Shown: positions 47,313 to 59,428, numbered from the stretch's first letter. The stretch is DNA of 64,000 nt from a candidate division FCPU426 bacterium (GCA_963796105.1 CAWCKJ010000014.1:39369-103368), one strand, 5' to 3'. The notes: generated by a model not told the origin, from the sequence alone. Program-made: numbers and translations.

Positions 47313-48005
47313 TTAGCTTCTGTGGTGGCGCCCACCGTGTTTACCGCCAGGTGTCGGGCTGGGGCTAGGCTTGGCAACCGGCTGGGTAACCACTTCCTCG
47401 GTGCCGGTTTTCATCAAATCATCTCCCATAAACCCATTAGCATCGCAAACGTGATAGTGCCCATCTTCTAAATAGACTTGGACCGTCGGGGTCTTACCTG
47501 AACCCTGCCACCACCAATAACCCCGGTTGAAATAAAGCCACCGCTCGGCAGTGGGGTCATGCCACCAAAAACGACCCTCCCGCCAGAGCACCCAATGAAA
47601 GGTGTCACCCATGCGCCAGCCATACCAATTCCGGTCCCCATCACGGTAATGGCAGTAGTTCCACGCATTGTAGGGATGCCAATAATACTTTCCCGAATGG
47701 CTGTCTTTCTGATCGATCTTGGGAACTTGCTGAACGGCGGCGGGTTCGCCCAGATTGCGCATAGACGGGCCAAGGGGCGCTGACTCTTCGTCATTGACCA
47801 GCTTCAGGGAGGTGCCATCGTTGTATTTCTTGGGGGGCTTGGGCAACCGAAAATGCGTGTTATCAGCAATCTTGTCTTGAGTCGATAGAACCAGGGGTTT
47901 GGGTAACGATGGCGTAGCTTCCACCCCAGGTAGTTGGTCGGAAGCGAAAACAATAGTTCCTATTCCCAAAAACAACATCCCCATCAATATTCGCCACACG
48001 TACAT
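47313..48005 (-). CDS. Secreted Trp/Tyr-rich hypothetical protein
   Basis: Signal peptide; repeated YWH/WYGW/FWW segments. Confidence 0.7.
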   Translation of the reverse strand: MYVWRILMGMLFLGIGTIVFASDQLPGVEATPSLPKPLVLSTQDKIADNTHFRLPKPPKKYNDGTSLKLVNDEESAPLGPSMRNLGEPAAVQQVPKIDQKDSHSGKYYWHPYNAWNYCHYRDGDRNWYGWRMGDTFHWVLWREGRFWWHDPTAERWLYFNRGYWWWQGSGKTPTVQVYLEDGHYHVCDANGFMGDDLMKTGTEEVVTQPVAKPSPSPTPGGKHGGRHHRS

Positions 48006-48113
48006 ATTTTGCCTTTATTCGGATTGTCATCTAGACGTCCTGCAACAAGGAAAGGGTTGGGCCAAAGGGCCAAAACAAGACCCGTAAAAGGAGTATGGCA
48101 CGTCTAAACACCC

Positions 48114-50273
48114 ATGAATACACCATCATCCCAAGCAACCACAGTTCAACCAATAAACCCGAAAATCGCGCCTTCCCCGAGTCGGGGGGAATGGGTGGCG
48201 TTTACCATCATCCTGCTGTTGGGCGCGGCCCTGCGCCTCTGGGATCTGGATAAGAACGGAACGGGCAACCCCTATTACGCCTCGGCCGTTCGAAGCATGC
48301 TGATGAACTGGCACAATTTCTTTTTTGTGTCCTTCGATCCCGTAGGATTCGTGACGGTGGACAAGCCCCCGGTGTCGCTGTGGATTCAAACCGCCTTCGC
48401 CAAACTTTTCGGCTACCGGGGTTTTACCCTGATCTTTCCCCAGGTGCTGGAAGGCTTGGGCACCCTCTCCGTGGTTTATTACCTGGTTCGCAAGCGCTTC
48501 GGCGCGTTCGCCGCCTTGTTCGCGGGTCTGGTCATCGCCCTTTCCCCGGTCAGCGTGGCGGTGGACCGCTACAACAATACGGACGAGTGCCTGGTATTCG
48601 TTATGGTGCTCGCGGCCTGGGCCTTGATTCGGGCGGCTGAAACCGGAAGCCGAAAGTTTCTCTACCTAGCCCTGATATTGGTCGGGATCGGATTCAACAC
48701 CAAGATGATGGCGGCCTTCGTGGCTCTTCCTGTTTTCTATCTGGTTTACCTGATTGGTTCCCCCATCACTTGGCTCCGGAAAATCTGGGTCCTCGTAACC
48801 GGAACTCTGATATTGCTGGTCGTGGCCTTGTCCTGGCCATTGGCAGTGGATTTGACACCTCCCGAACAACGCCCCTTCGTGGGAAGCACACAAGATAATT
48901 CCATGATTAGCCTGTCCCTGGGATGGAACGGATTTCAAAGACTGCTCACCCGTGGACGGCGCGGTTCCCCCCCCAATGGCCGGGGAGGCAATTTCCCGGC
49001 GGCTGGCGCCGCGACCAACACCCCGCCCAACGCACCCGCCTCGGTGGGCGACACGAACCATTCGGAAGCCGCAGCCGCGTCCCAGGCCCAGGCACGCCGC
49101 CGAAACGGCGGACCCATGAACAACGGAACCCCGGGTCCCCTTCGTTTGGCGGATCGGAACATGGCAGGCCAGGTGGGTTGGTTTTTTCCCCTGGTCCTGC
49201 TGGGTTTCTGGTCGGCGGCCCGCCGAATCCGTTTGACCTTTCCCCTGGCCCCAAGCCACCAGTCCCTCTTTTTTTGGTTGGGATGGATCTTCATCTACGG
49301 GGCAGTTTTCAGTTTCATGAAGGGGGCCATGCATCCCTATTACCTTGTCCTCATGGTTCCCGCCATCGCCGCCCTGGCGGGGATCGGCGTTCAATCGCTT
49401 TGGAACGACTACCGGGAAGGCCGAATCATCCTTCCGCTCCTGACCCTAGCTCTCACAGCTGGGTGGCAGGCCTTTATCGTGACCCAGTACCCCGATTGGA
49501 AACATCAGCTTTTGCCCATCCTGATGAGCGGGTTACTTTTATCCCTGGCCAGTCTTTTGTTGATTTCCCGTCTGGCCTCTCAAAAGCCCGCCTGGCTCCG
49601 ATGGGCTCCCTCAGCCTTTGGCCTGGGGCTCTCGGCCCTTTTCTTCTGCCCCACCTTTTGGGCACTGACCCCGGTCTTGGGTTCGGGCCAATCGGTGCAA
49701 GCCGGTCCTGAGTTACTGGACCCTCGCAGCAGGGGCGGATTGTTTCCAGGGTTCGGCGTGAACTTAAACAATGCCAAGCTGGTCGATTACCTGAAAGCCC
49801 ACCAGCAGGGCGAATCCTATCTTTTGGTCGCGCAAAACAGTCAGGTCGTTGCTCCAATCATCATTGAGACCGGCGAGCCGGTGGTGGCCATCGGGGGGTT
49901 CATGGGCGGGGATCCCATTTTGACCGCCAACCAATTCGCCCAGAAGGTTCAAGACGGCCAATTCCGCTACATGCTTTTAAACGCCCCGCCTACGAACCAG
50001 AACGGCAGGGGCCCAGGAGGAAACCCCGGAGGATGGGGTGGACCGGGAAACATGGGAAGGATGGGCGGGGCCCAGGCCGAGATCGCCAAGTGGGTGCGGG
50101 AGCATGGAGAACTCGTGGATGCCGCCCTTTGGAAACCAGCTCTTCCACCGGTAATTCCCGTCGTTCAATCCCCCGCCCCCGGAGGGTTCGGCGGGCGTAG
50201 GGGAGGCATTGCCAACCTGCAACTGTATGATTTGCGTCCGGGCAAAGAGGAAAATAAAGGTTCAAAGGGTTAA
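48114..50273 (+). CDS. GT39/ArnT-like membrane glycosyltransferase
   Basis: NPYYASAVRSM...FFVSFDP..TVDKPP; multiple TM segments; IGGFMGGDP. Confidence 0.9.
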   Translation: MNTPSSQATTVQPINPKIAPSPSRGEWVAFTIILLLGAALRLWDLDKNGTGNPYYASAVRSMLMNWHNFFFVSFDPVGFVTVDKPPVSLWIQTAFAKLFGYRGFTLIFPQVLEGLGTLSVVYYLVRKRFGAFAALFAGLVIALSPVSVAVDRYNNTDECLVFVMVLAAWALIRAAETGSRKFLYLALILVGIGFNTKMMAAFVALPVFYLVYLIGSPITWLRKIWVLVTGTLILLVVALSWPLAVDLTPPEQRPFVGSTQDNSMISLSLGWNGFQRLLTRGRRGSPPNGRGGNFPAAGAATNTPPNAPASVGDTNHSEAAAASQAQARRRNGGPMNNGTPGPLRLADRNMAGQVGWFFPLVLLGFWSAARRIRLTFPLAPSHQSLFFWLGWIFIYGAVFSFMKGAMHPYYLVLMVPAIAALAGIGVQSLWNDYREGRIILPLLTLALTAGWQAFIVTQYPDWKHQLLPILMSGLLLSLASLLLISRLASQKPAWLRWAPSAFGLGLSALFFCPTFWALTPVLGSGQSVQAGPELLDPRSRGGLFPGFGVNLNNAKLVDYLKAHQQGESYLLVAQNSQVVAPIIIETGEPVVAIGGFMGGDPILTANQFAQKVQDGQFRYMLLNAPPTNQNGRGPGGNPGGWGGPGNMGRMGGAQAEIAKWVREHGELVDAALWKPALPPVIPVVQSPAPGGFGGRRGGIANLQLYDLRPGKEENKGSKG

Positions 50274-50282
50274 GTTAATCCA

Positions 50283-51647
50283 GTGAGTTCCAACAATCTT
50301 TTACCCCAAACAACTTTGGTATTGGATGTCGGGGAAAACCTGGATTTCCTGCTCGCCAAACTGAATCAAGTTAATTTGGGAAATAAGCCTTCCTTCGGGC
50401 AAATACTGTTGGCTTCTCCCCCTGGACAAAAAACAAAGATTTTTGCCAAACTCCCGGAAAGCTTTAAACACCTCGAAATAGTGGAAATTCAATCGCTTCG
50501 GCTAGACCTCTTCCCTTTCCTCCATAAACCCTATCTGGCCTATTTGCCATCCGACGCCCCCTATTCACCGCCTCAAATTGATTTTGGCGCGGACCTGGAG
50601 AAGCATCCTCTTTTTATCCAACCTTGGGTTCCTTTTTTAAAAACCTCGGATTCGGAGTGGGCACGCGGGGTTTACCTGTCATTGGGTTGGATTTCCACAC
50701 CCAAGCTTTTGCAGAAAATGGACTTAATAAACGGGTTCTCTCTTCGCGACCTGGAAAGATCCATCCGAAACGCCCACACGGAAATTCCCTACTTTTCCGC
50801 CTCGGCTAGCGAATCCCTCAACGGAAAACCACCCGTTCCGCAGGGCCAGCCAACACTCACAAAAGCATCCAGGGTCTTAGCCCTCGTGCCCCACTTCAAT
50901 TGCGAGGAGTGGCTGGAACAATGTTTGTATTCTCTCGTCCATCAAACCCGCCTACCCGAAAACATCGTCGTTATGGACGATTGTTCAACGCATTCACCGC
51001 TAGAAATCGTAAAAAAATTTCCCTCTGTGGCTCTGTTTCGTTCACCTGAAAATGTGGGCCCCTATCGACTTTTACAATCCATGATTGATCAAACCCAATT
51101 CGACGGTTATATGTTTCAAGACTCGGACGATTGGTCGAGCCTCGATCGATTAGAATTATTGCTCCGGGAAGCGGAAACCGGATGCGCCGACTGGGTGGGT
51201 TCGCAAGAGATCGTCTATTTCTCGGATGCCATTCACACCCTTCGATATCCCCTGATTCTAAAGGATTCCCCCGAATCGCTCATGCGCTATCCGTTTTGTT
51301 ACTCGAGCAGTCTCATTTCAAGGTCGTTTTTCAAACTTTTGGGTGGTTTCGCTTCGGGCCTGCGTTTCAGCGGGGACTTTGAATTTTTTTCCCGGGCAAT
51401 ATTCGCGGGAAAAGTGATCAATCTCGACCGTTATTGCTATCACCGGAGAGTCCGGAAAGACTCACTCATTACATCCGAAGAAACAGGGCTCGCAAGCCTT
51501 TCACGCAAGGAAGTCGATTCTCAAATCGAGGTAAAAAAAGCGGCCAATCACGTCCTTAGGTCAAAAGGTTTTGCCCCCCTGCTGGAACCGATCAAGACAG
51601 CCCCGCCCATTCGCTTTCAGCATTTGACCGGGCCCCAATTGATCTAG
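50283..51647 (+). CDS. GT2 glycosyltransferase
   Basis: VPHFN...VVMDDCS...FQDSDD...GDFEF. Confidence 0.85.
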   Translation: MSSNNLLPQTTLVLDVGENLDFLLAKLNQVNLGNKPSFGQILLASPPGQKTKIFAKLPESFKHLEIVEIQSLRLDLFPFLHKPYLAYLPSDAPYSPPQIDFGADLEKHPLFIQPWVPFLKTSDSEWARGVYLSLGWISTPKLLQKMDLINGFSLRDLERSIRNAHTEIPYFSASASESLNGKPPVPQGQPTLTKASRVLALVPHFNCEEWLEQCLYSLVHQTRLPENIVVMDDCSTHSPLEIVKKFPSVALFRSPENVGPYRLLQSMIDQTQFDGYMFQDSDDWSSLDRLELLLREAETGCADWVGSQEIVYFSDAIHTLRYPLILKDSPESLMRYPFCYSSSLISRSFFKLLGGFASGLRFSGDFEFFSRAIFAGKVINLDRYCYHRRVRKDSLITSEETGLASLSRKEVDSQIEVKKAANHVLRSKGFAPLLEPIKTAPPIRFQHLTGPQLI

Positions 51648-51694
51648 TCTTCCAGCCTCATTAAAAACATGTTCGCTTGAAGCACCTATTCTTT

Positions 51695-52798
51695 TTATCT
51701 GGCATGCCGGTTTCGAAATCCGTCCATGAACTCCAAAAGTTGGTTTACGTCTTCCTCCGTTACCGAGTTATAGAGGGATGCCCTTAACCCGCCCAGGGAT
51801 CGATGCCCTTCCAGACCATAAAAACCGGCTCGGGAAGCTTCTTCCAGGAACGTCTTATCCATCTCGGGACTCGGCAGGCGAAAAACCACATTCATCTTCG
51901 ACCGGTCTTTCTTTGCGCCATGGACACGGAAGAAATCGGGATGCCGGTCAAGAAGATCATAGAGAGACTGGGCTTTTTTCTCGTTCAAAGCCGCCATTTT
52001 CTCCAAACCCCCGATACGGTCTTTTAACCAGCGGGCAACCAGCAGGGTGACATAAATCGCGAAAACAGGCGGGGTGTTGTAAATGGACCCCATTTTCACA
52101 TGGTTGCGGTAATCGAGCATGCTGGGCAAGGAATCCGGGGAACCCTTTAAGAGGTCCTCGTGGAGGATCACTAGTGTCATCCCCGCGGGCCCCAGGTTTT
52201 TTTGGGCATGGGCGTAAACGAGGCTGAAGTCGCGAATTTCGAAGGGATAACTTAAAAAGTCGGAGGACATGTCGCAAACGCGCGGAACGCTCTTGGCCCC
52301 GGGCAAATAGTGAAACTGCAGGCCTTCAACCGTTTCATTGGAAACGTAGTGGAAATAAGCGGCCTGGGGGTCGTAGGCAAGCTCTTTTTCTTCCGGCAGG
52401 CGGGTATAACCGCTTCCCTCGCCGTCAAAGATCACCCGTACCGGGCCCTCCAGGCGCGCATCGGGGATGGACTTGGCGCTCCAGTAACCCGTCTTCAGGT
52501 ACTCGGCGGTCTTTCCTTTTCCCCGCAGAAGCAGCATGGGGATCATGGAAAACTGGAGGGTGCTTCCCCCTTGGAGCTGAAGCACCTGGTAGTCGGGAGG
52601 AATATTGAGGAGGGACCGGAAGACCGCTTCCGATTCATTGAGAATGGCCTTGAAATAGTCCGAACGGTGGCTGATACCCAGGATGGACTGGCTGGTTCCA
52701 GGGGCCTGAAGGATAGCCTCGCTGGCTTGTTCCAGCACCGCCCGGGGAAGCGCGCCGGGGCCGCCCGAAAAATTGAGACTTGTGTGACTGGCCATCAT
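51695..52798 (-). CDS. serC: Phosphoserine aminotransferase
   Basis: NFSGGPGALP, SHRS, DMSSD, AQKNLGPAG, YNTPP, GHRSLGGLRAS. Confidence 0.96.
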   Translation of the reverse strand: MMASHTSLNFSGGPGALPRAVLEQASEAILQAPGTSQSILGISHRSDYFKAILNESEAVFRSLLNIPPDYQVLQLQGGSTLQFSMIPMLLLRGKGKTAEYLKTGYWSAKSIPDARLEGPVRVIFDGEGSGYTRLPEEKELAYDPQAAYFHYVSNETVEGLQFHYLPGAKSVPRVCDMSSDFLSYPFEIRDFSLVYAHAQKNLGPAGMTLVILHEDLLKGSPDSLPSMLDYRNHVKMGSIYNTPPVFAIYVTLLVARWLKDRIGGLEKMAALNEKKAQSLYDLLDRHPDFFRVHGAKKDRSKMNVVFRLPSPEMDKTFLEEASRAGFYGLEGHRSLGGLRASLYNSVTEEDVNQLLEFMDGFRNRHAR

Positions 52799-53808
52799 GG
52801 CACCCCTATCTTTTTTTTCTTGGAAGCCTCCAGGACATCTTCCAGCAGTTTGCGACTAAACCGGCCGTCACGAAATGGAAAAAGAGTGGCATTGGGGGTG
52901 AAGGTGAACTCGCTGAAATAGACCCCGTCGGGCAAATCGTACAGATCCACCCGAACGAAATCGAAGGGGCCGGAAAGTTCGGAAGCTATTTGGAGCATCT
53001 CCCCCCAATGGGCGGGTTTTTCGGGCAAAGGATCGGGCAAGGGGAACTGGTTCGGGATCGGGATGTGACGGTGGTCCGGCACGTTGAAGAGGGCCTGGCG
53101 GTGGTCGGCGAAGCGCCCCTCGTCGTACTGGCAAAAAAGTACCTTTCCTCGGGATGAATAGAAACGGAAATCGGGCGGGGGGTGGTACCACAGGCCGTCT
53201 TTTCCGGAAGGGATGGGGGAAGGCAGGCACTCTTCCACCAGGATCTTGGGACGCAAACCCCGATACTGTCCCTCGTATTCGTTCCGGAAGTAATCGCGAC
53301 GGGCGAAGCGGAACATTTCGAGTGTCGGTTGAACGACGACTTGGACGTTCGCCCCGCCCAGGAAAATCACTCCTCCCGAGGTATGGGTCGGCTTGGCCAC
53401 CGCGTTTTTCCCGACGAAAGGATAGATGAACTTTCCCACCTGCTCCAGGGGGGTGTCAGGATAGAGGGTCAGCACCGAGAGGGTGCGGGCGATTTGAATC
53501 CTCGGAGAGAGGGAAACCGCAATGAGCTTGGCGCTTTCTTTGTCGACGCAAGTCTTTTCAAATGGGGTCCAAGGGCCGGTCATACGTTGGAAGATATAAT
53601 CTTCGAAGGTGGCCTGGGCCGAGAAGGGGTCGATCGGCAGTCTTTGGTGCTTTCGTTTGAAATTCGAGCGGGCCAAGAGGCGAGTGGCTCCCGGGTCACC
53701 CCGAAGGGCAAAAAACAACAAAACCCGCTGGACCCATCGTTTCAAATTGAAAATCCGTTCATCTGGATATGGAGATTTTTTTATTACCTTCCACAGGATT
53801 AGACGCAC
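52795..53808 (-). CDS. TupA-like ATP-grasp protein
   Basis: VDK, KPTHTSG, ILVEE, FDFVRVDLY...FSEFTFTP. Confidence 0.85.
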   Translation of the reverse strand: MRLILWKVIKKSPYPDERIFNLKRWVQRVLLFFALRGDPGATRLLARSNFKRKHQRLPIDPFSAQATFEDYIFQRMTGPWTPFEKTCVDKESAKLIAVSLSPRIQIARTLSVLTLYPDTPLEQVGKFIYPFVGKNAVAKPTHTSGGVIFLGGANVQVVVQPTLEMFRFARRDYFRNEYEGQYRGLRPKILVEECLPSPIPSGKDGLWYHPPPDFRFYSSRGKVLFCQYDEGRFADHRQALFNVPDHRHIPIPNQFPLPDPLPEKPAHWGEMLQIASELSGPFDFVRVDLYDLPDGVYFSEFTFTPNATLFPFRDGRFSRKLLEDVLEASKKKKIGVP

Positions 53809-53837
53809 GACTTAGAAAAGGGTGCCACCCTGACGGT

Positions 53838-54554
53838 TTATTCCACGATCTCGAATTTTCCAATAACCTGTTCTTCAGTCAGCGCGTCATAGTGCCACCA
53901 TTCGTGGCGCAACTGGCGAAAACCCGCGCCCACCATGGCGCTTCTTAAGATCATCCGATGGTCGATTTGGATCTGAGTCAACTTCCCTTCTTTTAAAAGC
54001 CGGCTTTCCAGTTGAGGTTCGGAAAGAGGAGTGAAACCGTCAAAAGGAGCGCCCATGTCGACTAATTTTCCCTGGGGGTCCAGAAGCCCGATATCCAGGG
54101 CGAAACCATAGTTATGCATGGAACCCTTGTCCGGATCGGCGACATATTTTTGATGGGACGTTCCCTTGACCACGGCCCACAGTTTTCGTTGGACCGAACG
54201 GGGCCGTAGCGCGTCAAACACGATGAACTTGTAGCCCGGGTTGTTTTTACGGAGAGTCTCAATGGCCTTACGCAACTTTTCGGCCGTAATTTTATGAATG
54301 TAGCATTTGTTGTACGGTCCATAGAGGTTCTTGCGGGTGAAATTGTCGGTGGTTCCATACTTAAGATTCACGGTCACGCCTTGCCAATGGGTGATCTCGA
54401 CGAAATTCGGGCTGGCGGCCAGGTTTTTCATGGAATCCTCGATGGAGTGGGTTTGGGATAGGGCCGATAGCGGGAGCAGAAAAAAGCCGAACAGCAGGAA
54501 AAGGCCCAGGGAACGTTTCTTCAAGGGATCACGTCCCGGGACCTGGCATTTCAA
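53838..54554 (-). CDS. M15 D-Ala-D-Ala dipeptidase (VanX/DdpX-like)
   Basis: DALRP, SMHNYGFALD, DMGAPFD, EWWHY. Confidence 0.9.
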   Translation of the reverse strand: MKCQVPGRDPLKKRSLGLFLLFGFFLLPLSALSQTHSIEDSMKNLAASPNFVEITHWQGVTVNLKYGTTDNFTRKNLYGPYNKCYIHKITAEKLRKAIETLRKNNPGYKFIVFDALRPRSVQRKLWAVVKGTSHQKYVADPDKGSMHNYGFALDIGLLDPQGKLVDMGAPFDGFTPLSEPQLESRLLKEGKLTQIQIDHRMILRSAMVGAGFRQLRHEWWHYDALTEEQVIGKFEIVE

Positions 54555-54930
54555 GACTTCTTCTTGGGCATCTCATCTTCTTTGCCTTTTTCCGGTGTCG
54601 TATAGAGGCCGTTTTCGTATTTGAGGATCGTCGTGTTCTTGGGAACGTTGTGGTATTCGAGGTTGATGTCCTCATCCGTGAGCGTCACCTCGTAATAATA
54701 GTCCAGCTTCTTGTTGAACCCCAAAATCAGCTTGCGAATAAAGGTGAAGTCCTCCTTCACCGCGTCCGCGTCCTCCAAGCTCCCGATCAAGGTAACATCC
54801 AGCGTTTCCTCGTCCGGGTTATAAATGATGGTAACCCGAATCGGCTCGATTTTTGAATTAGGATATTTTGTCTGGGGCTTCAACAGCATGGCCTGGGTGG
54901 TCGCCGTCACCATGGTCTGGAGATAACCGG
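54551..54930 (-). pseudogene. Hypothetical protein, probably 5'-truncated
   Basis: The N-terminus runs straight into the antisense strand of the neighbouring gene's TP linker. Confidence 0.5.
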
Positions 54931-57900
54931 CCACCCCGACGGATACCCCCACGCCAACCTTTACTTACACCCCGACGCAGATACCCCTGCCCACCTTGAG
55001 CGTGGTGTCCGTTCCGACGATGACTTGCCCGCTTGCCGCCTCCTGGAGTGTCTCGAACCCCGCCGGTATAGCCTTGGACCCGATGGGTAAGGTTTATTTC
55101 GCCGATTACGACGACAGCTTGGTGGGCTACCTGGGGTCCAATGGAACTCCCATGACCTGGGGCGGGTTAGGCAGTGGAATCGGTCAACTGGATAACCCCT
55201 GGGGTGTGGCGGTGGGAAGTGATGGGCTGGTCTATGTGACCGACAGCGGCAATAACCGGGTAGAAGTGTTCGATGGCCAGGGCAACTATGTCCGCCAGTG
55301 GGGAAGCCAGGGCGGCGGGGCCGGGCAGTTTGAGATTCCGGCTGGGATCGCGGTCAATAGCCAGGCCAACCAGGTCTATGTTTCCAGTTCCTACGATGAC
55401 CGGATCGAAATTTTCGATACTCAGGGTAATTACCAGGGACAGTGGGGTTCCACGGGTACCGGAGGCGGTCTTTTCAACAACCCTTGGGGCGTGTCCTTGG
55501 ACGCTAGTGGCCAGGTTTTCGTGGCGGATTACGGGAATAACCTCGTCCAGGTCTTCAACGGCCAGGGCGGGTTTGTCAAACAATGGGGCACCGAATCCTG
55601 CTTGTCGGGCGCGGAATTTATCGCCGTGGACAGCGCCAATAACGTGGAATACGTTTCCGACGCGCTGGGGGAAGTGGGGGCTTTTGACGCCAATGGATAC
55701 CCGCTCGGGGTTTTCCCGGGCCCCGGCGGCGGGTTTGACGATACGGAAGGGGTAGCCATTGGTTCGGGGAGCCTGTACGTAGCGGATTATGGAAACGGAA
55801 AAATCGATAAATTCAGCCTTTGCGGCTTCGCGCCAACCCCCACCCCCACCTTGAGCCCCACGATAACCTCCACCCCCACTCCCACCTCAACGCCCGAAAT
55901 ACTAAATTGCTCCCAATTGAACGCGTGGCCCGTGAATGACCCGTCGGGCATTGCCGTGAGTTCCAACGGTAATGTTTACGTGGGGGACCTCATGGCCGGC
56001 CAGGTGGAGGTTTACGGTCCCGGGGGCGGTCCGGTGACGCAGTTCGGCGCGGGGCAATTTCCCTATAACAATATCTTTGGGGTCGCCCTGGACGCCAGGG
56101 GCTATGCCTATGCCACGGATTCACCCGGCAGCACGGTGAATGTTTTCGATAATAACTACAATCCCGTCACCCAATGGTCTACCTCGGCCAACATGTGGTC
56201 GGCGGCGGGGTTGGCGGTCAATAGCGCCTTGGGCCTGGTTTATGTAGCCGACGACTCCAGCCAAAGCATCGAGGTGTTCACCACGAACGGGGTTCCGGTG
56301 ACCCAGTGGGGAAATGGCCTCTTGAACACGCCCTGGGGAGTCGCCGTCGACGGTTCCGGCAACGTTTATGTGGCCGACTATGCCACCTATTTGGTCGATG
56401 TTTTCACCGCGCAGGGGAGCCCGGTGACCCAGTGGGACGTCACCCAGGGAACCCCCCTGCTTTCCGCGGATTTCATATCGGTTGATAACAACGGAATCGT
56501 TTATGTGGCGGACTATTTTGGGACCGTGGGCCAGTTCACGGCCTCCGGGACCCTCCTGGGTTTCACCCAAACCCAAAACCAAACCCAGGGGTATGTTTGG
56601 GTGGAAGGCATCGGGGCCGGAAACGGAGCCTGGTATTTGGCTAACGAGGCCCAATATTCAGTGGAAAAGTTCGCCGACTGTTCCGGCGCGGTTCCCATCC
56701 CCACGCCGGCATTAACCCCAGCGTCAACGCCCACGGCGACCTGTACCCCGTCGGATACACCTGCATTTACCGGGACCGATACGCCATCTTTCACACCAAC
56801 CGCGACATCAACCGGTACGATGACCGCCACGCCTTCCGACACGGCCACTTCAACCGCGACTGAAACACCAACCCAGACTTTCACGGTCTCCTCTACGGAT
56901 ACATCGACTGCTACCGCTTCCTATACACCGACGGCTACACCCACTGACTCTAATACAGAGACGCCAACGACAACCCCCACCTTTACCCCGTCTTTTACGG
57001 CCACTCCAACCCCAACCAACACATCTACGGCAACCCCGACAACGACGGCTTCTTCAACCACGACCGACACCCCGACCGCCACGGCTTCCGAAACAAAAAC
57101 CTTCACTGCGACCTTCACAATGACGGAAACGCCGACCTTTACCGAAACTCAGACGCCTACCGCGACCGCTACTGATTCATCCACTTCAACTGCAACGCCC
57201 ACAGCAACCAGCACTCCCACTCCTACGTCTACCGAAACAACCACTTTCACGCCATCGGCTACATCCACTTCAACGCCAACTTCGACGGAAACCGACACAC
57301 CAACGGCAACGTCGACCTATACGGCTACATCAACTTGTACTTCCACCTTAACCGCTACCCCAACTTCTTCGCCGACGGCCACAGAAACCCAAACATATTC
57401 GAATACGCCCACGGAAACGGCTTCTTTTACCCAAACGGCAACACCCACAGAGACGCCAACCTTTACTCAGACCCCGACCTCCACGCAGACCCAAACTCCC
57501 ACCTTTACTCAGACCAAGACACCCACATTTACCCAAACTCAGACGCCCACGTTTACTCAGACCCTAACCCCGGCATTCACCCAAACTCAAACGCCCACTT
57601 TCACACAGACTCAGACACCTACTTTCACTCCAACGATGACTCCAACCTTCACACAGACCCAAACACCGACTTACACATCCACCACTTCGCCTACGTTTAC
57701 TCAAACACAAACACCCACTTTTACATCTACCCCAACCCTTACATTCACCAAAACAAACACGCCCACACTCACCACGACCTATACACCCACTTCCACACCC
57801 ACGCAGACTTCGACTGCGACTAGGTCTGCAACCACCACGGTTACATTTACGAGCACGCCCACCAGAACACCCACCGCCACCCTGACCTTTACGTCCACCA

Positions 57901-59015
57901 ACACCCCGACAAAAACCATGACCTCCGGGTTCTCCCCAACCTCGACCAAGTCGCCCACTAAGACGCCCACTGTGACCCCAACCTCGACCCCGACGAAAAC
58001 ACCCACCAATACCATGACGTTCACCAAAACCATTACTGCGACCTGGACCAACACTTGGACGATCACCCCAAGCCCCACGACCACAACGCAATGCGGTGTC
58101 AACACGGCGGCCCTGGCCTTGCTTGAGGAATACACCAGTTCCTGTACGTCCAATTCGGTCTACCATCTTTTTGCAATTGTTAATAACGGGGCGGCGGTGA
58201 CCTTGTCGGACATCACCATCAAGTTCTGGCCTTACGATACTTCGGGGGTAAGCCTGGTGGGCTCGATCACAACCGGCGGGTGCGTCTGGAACCCCACCTG
58301 TTCTCACAGCGTGACGGGTGTATCCCTATCAGCCCTTAACTTTTCCCCGGCCTGCGGACTCACCACCACACAGATGGCCAATTGGGAAATGACCGTCGCA
58401 ACTACGGATAATACGGTTTTAAGCGGGGGAACGAGTTGGGTGAATTTGCAAACCTTGGTCAACCGGGCCGATTCCCAGCCCTTTGTCCCGGGAACGAGCC
58501 ATTGGTATAGCCCCTGCGTGAACTCCTCGGTTTATACCACGAATTCACATTTCGCCATTTATCTTAAAGGGAACTTAGTTGCCTACGCGGGAGGAGTACC
58601 GCCTTCTTGCAGGCCCGTGGCTACCTGCACACCCAGTGGCAAAGCTATCTTGGGCTCCAACCGGGAGACGCCCACACCCACTCTCAGTGCGACTTTAACC
58701 CCAGTGCCCACGGTCATTCCCGACCTGGTTCAATCCGTCGTGGCCGCGCCGAATATTTCGAGAGATGGAGAACCCATCAAGCTGCTGGTCAATTTGAGCA
58801 AACCGGCCCACATCATCTTGTACCTCTATACCTTGGCAGGAGAAAAGGCTTACGACATGGATGCACAAGGGACGGCAGGGTTGAACACACTCGTTTGGAA
58901 TTTGCAGAACAATGCCAACCAGGCGGTGGCCAGCGGGTTCTATATCTATATGGTGACCCTAGATGATGGGGAACGGATTATTCGCCAAACCGGAAAAGTC
59001 GTCGTAATTCATTGA
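54927..59015 (+). CDS. 5'-truncated surface protein: two NHL propellers, Thr/Pro stalk, CBM3-like domain, FlgD-Ig-like C-terminus
   Basis: PWGVAV..G.VYV.D repeats; TPTFTQTQ repeats; [22 protein letters not shown]...VASGFYIY. Starts inside a TP linker with no signal peptide. Confidence 0.8.
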   Translation, partial: PATPTDTPTPTFTYTPTQIPLPTLSVVSVPTMTCPLAASWSVSNPAGIALDPMGKVYFADYDDSLVGYLGSNGTPMTWGGLGSGIGQLDNPWGVAVGSDGLVYVTDSGNNRVEVFDGQGNYVRQWGSQGGGAGQFEIPAGIAVNSQANQVYVSSSYDDRIEIFDTQGNYQGQWGSTGTGGGLFNNPWGVSLDASGQVFVADYGNNLVQVFNGQGGFVKQWGTESCLSGAEFIAVDSANNVEYVSDALGEVGAFDANGYPLGVFPGPGGGFDDTEGVAIGSGSLYVADYGNGKIDKFSLCGFAPTPTPTLSPTITSTPTPTSTPEILNCSQLNAWPVNDPSGIAVSSNGNVYVGDLMAGQVEVYGPGGGPVTQFGAGQFPYNNIFGVALDARGYAYATDSPGSTVNVFDNNYNPVTQWSTSANMWSAAGLAVNSALGLVYVADDSSQSIEVFTTNGVPVTQWGNGLLNTPWGVAVDGSGNVYVADYATYLVDVFTAQGSPVTQWDVTQGTPLLSADFISVDNNGIVYVADYFGTVGQFTASGTLLGFTQTQNQTQGYVWVEGIGAGNGAWYLANEAQYSVEKFADCSGAVPIPTPALTPASTPTATCTPSDTPAFTGTDTPSFTPTATSTGTMTATPSDTATSTATETPTQTFTVSSTDTSTATASYTPTATPTDSNTETPTTTPTFTPSFTATPTPTNTSTATPTTTASSTTTDTPTATASETKTFTATFTMTETPTFTETQTPTATATDSSTSTATPTATSTPTPTSTETTTFTPSATSTSTPTSTETDTPTATSTYTATSTCTSTLTATPTSSPTATETQTYSNTPTETASFTQTATPTETPTFTQTPTSTQTQTPTFTQTKTPTFTQTQTPTFTQTLTPAFTQTQTPTFTQTQTPTFTPTMTPTFTQTQTPTYTSTTSPTFTQTQTPTFTSTPTLTFTKTNTPTLTTTYTPTSTPTQTSTATRSATTTVTFTSTPTRTPTATLTFTSTNTPTKTMTSGFSPTSTKSPTKTPTVTPTSTPTKTPTNTMTFTKTITATWTNTWTITPSPTTTTQCGVNTAALALLEEYTSSCTSNSVYHLFAIVNNGAAVTLSDITIKFWPYDTSGVSLVGSITTGGCVWNPTCSHSVTGVSLSALNFSPACGLTTTQMANWEMTVATTDNTVLSGGTSWVNLQTLVNRADSQPFVPGTSHWYSPCVNSSVYTTNSHFAIYLKGNLVAYAGGVPPSCRPVATCTPSGKAILGSNRETPTPTLSATLTPVPTVIPDLVQSVVAAPNISRDGEPIKLLVNLSKPAHIILYLYTLAGEKAYDMDAQGTAGLNTLVWNLQNNANQAVASGFYIYMVTLDDGERIIRQTGKVVVIH

Positions 59016-59428
59016 GTCTCTAGAGATTTCCTCTCGAACCCTTCGGCTCAGAAGGCCCGTAACACTTTGGACGAAGCGTAACGGTTCATGATGTCCAGAA
59101 ATAGGTATTTTCGGACATTTGTGTTTTAATTTTCCCCGGCATTAAAATTCCTTTTTGTTAAAAAATCGTCAAATTTTTATGTTTTGAATTTTTTCTTGAT
59201 AGAAAAGTTGAGTAAAACCCGAGATTGAAAATCCGATAGACTCGAATAAGACATTTTTAAGAAAAACAGTTTCTCATTGATCGCCAAATCATATAAAACT
59301 ATAAAAGACGAAGGAATGTGGTAATTATTGAAAATGCAATGTTTCATATTTTTTTTGAGCGCCTGCTGAAAGGCAGGAGGTCGGAGGGCTTGGGATGGGC
59401 CTGAAATAAAGACGAAAACGAGTACGTC

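Noticed and set aside
53838..54554. Vancomycin-resistance cluster
   Set aside because: No VanA/Ddl-type ligase, VanH or VanRS; the neighbouring ATP-grasp is TupA-like.
56690..58090. Thr/Pro-rich tandem repeats as a DNA-level repeat system
   Set aside because: In-frame with variable third positions; a protein stalk.
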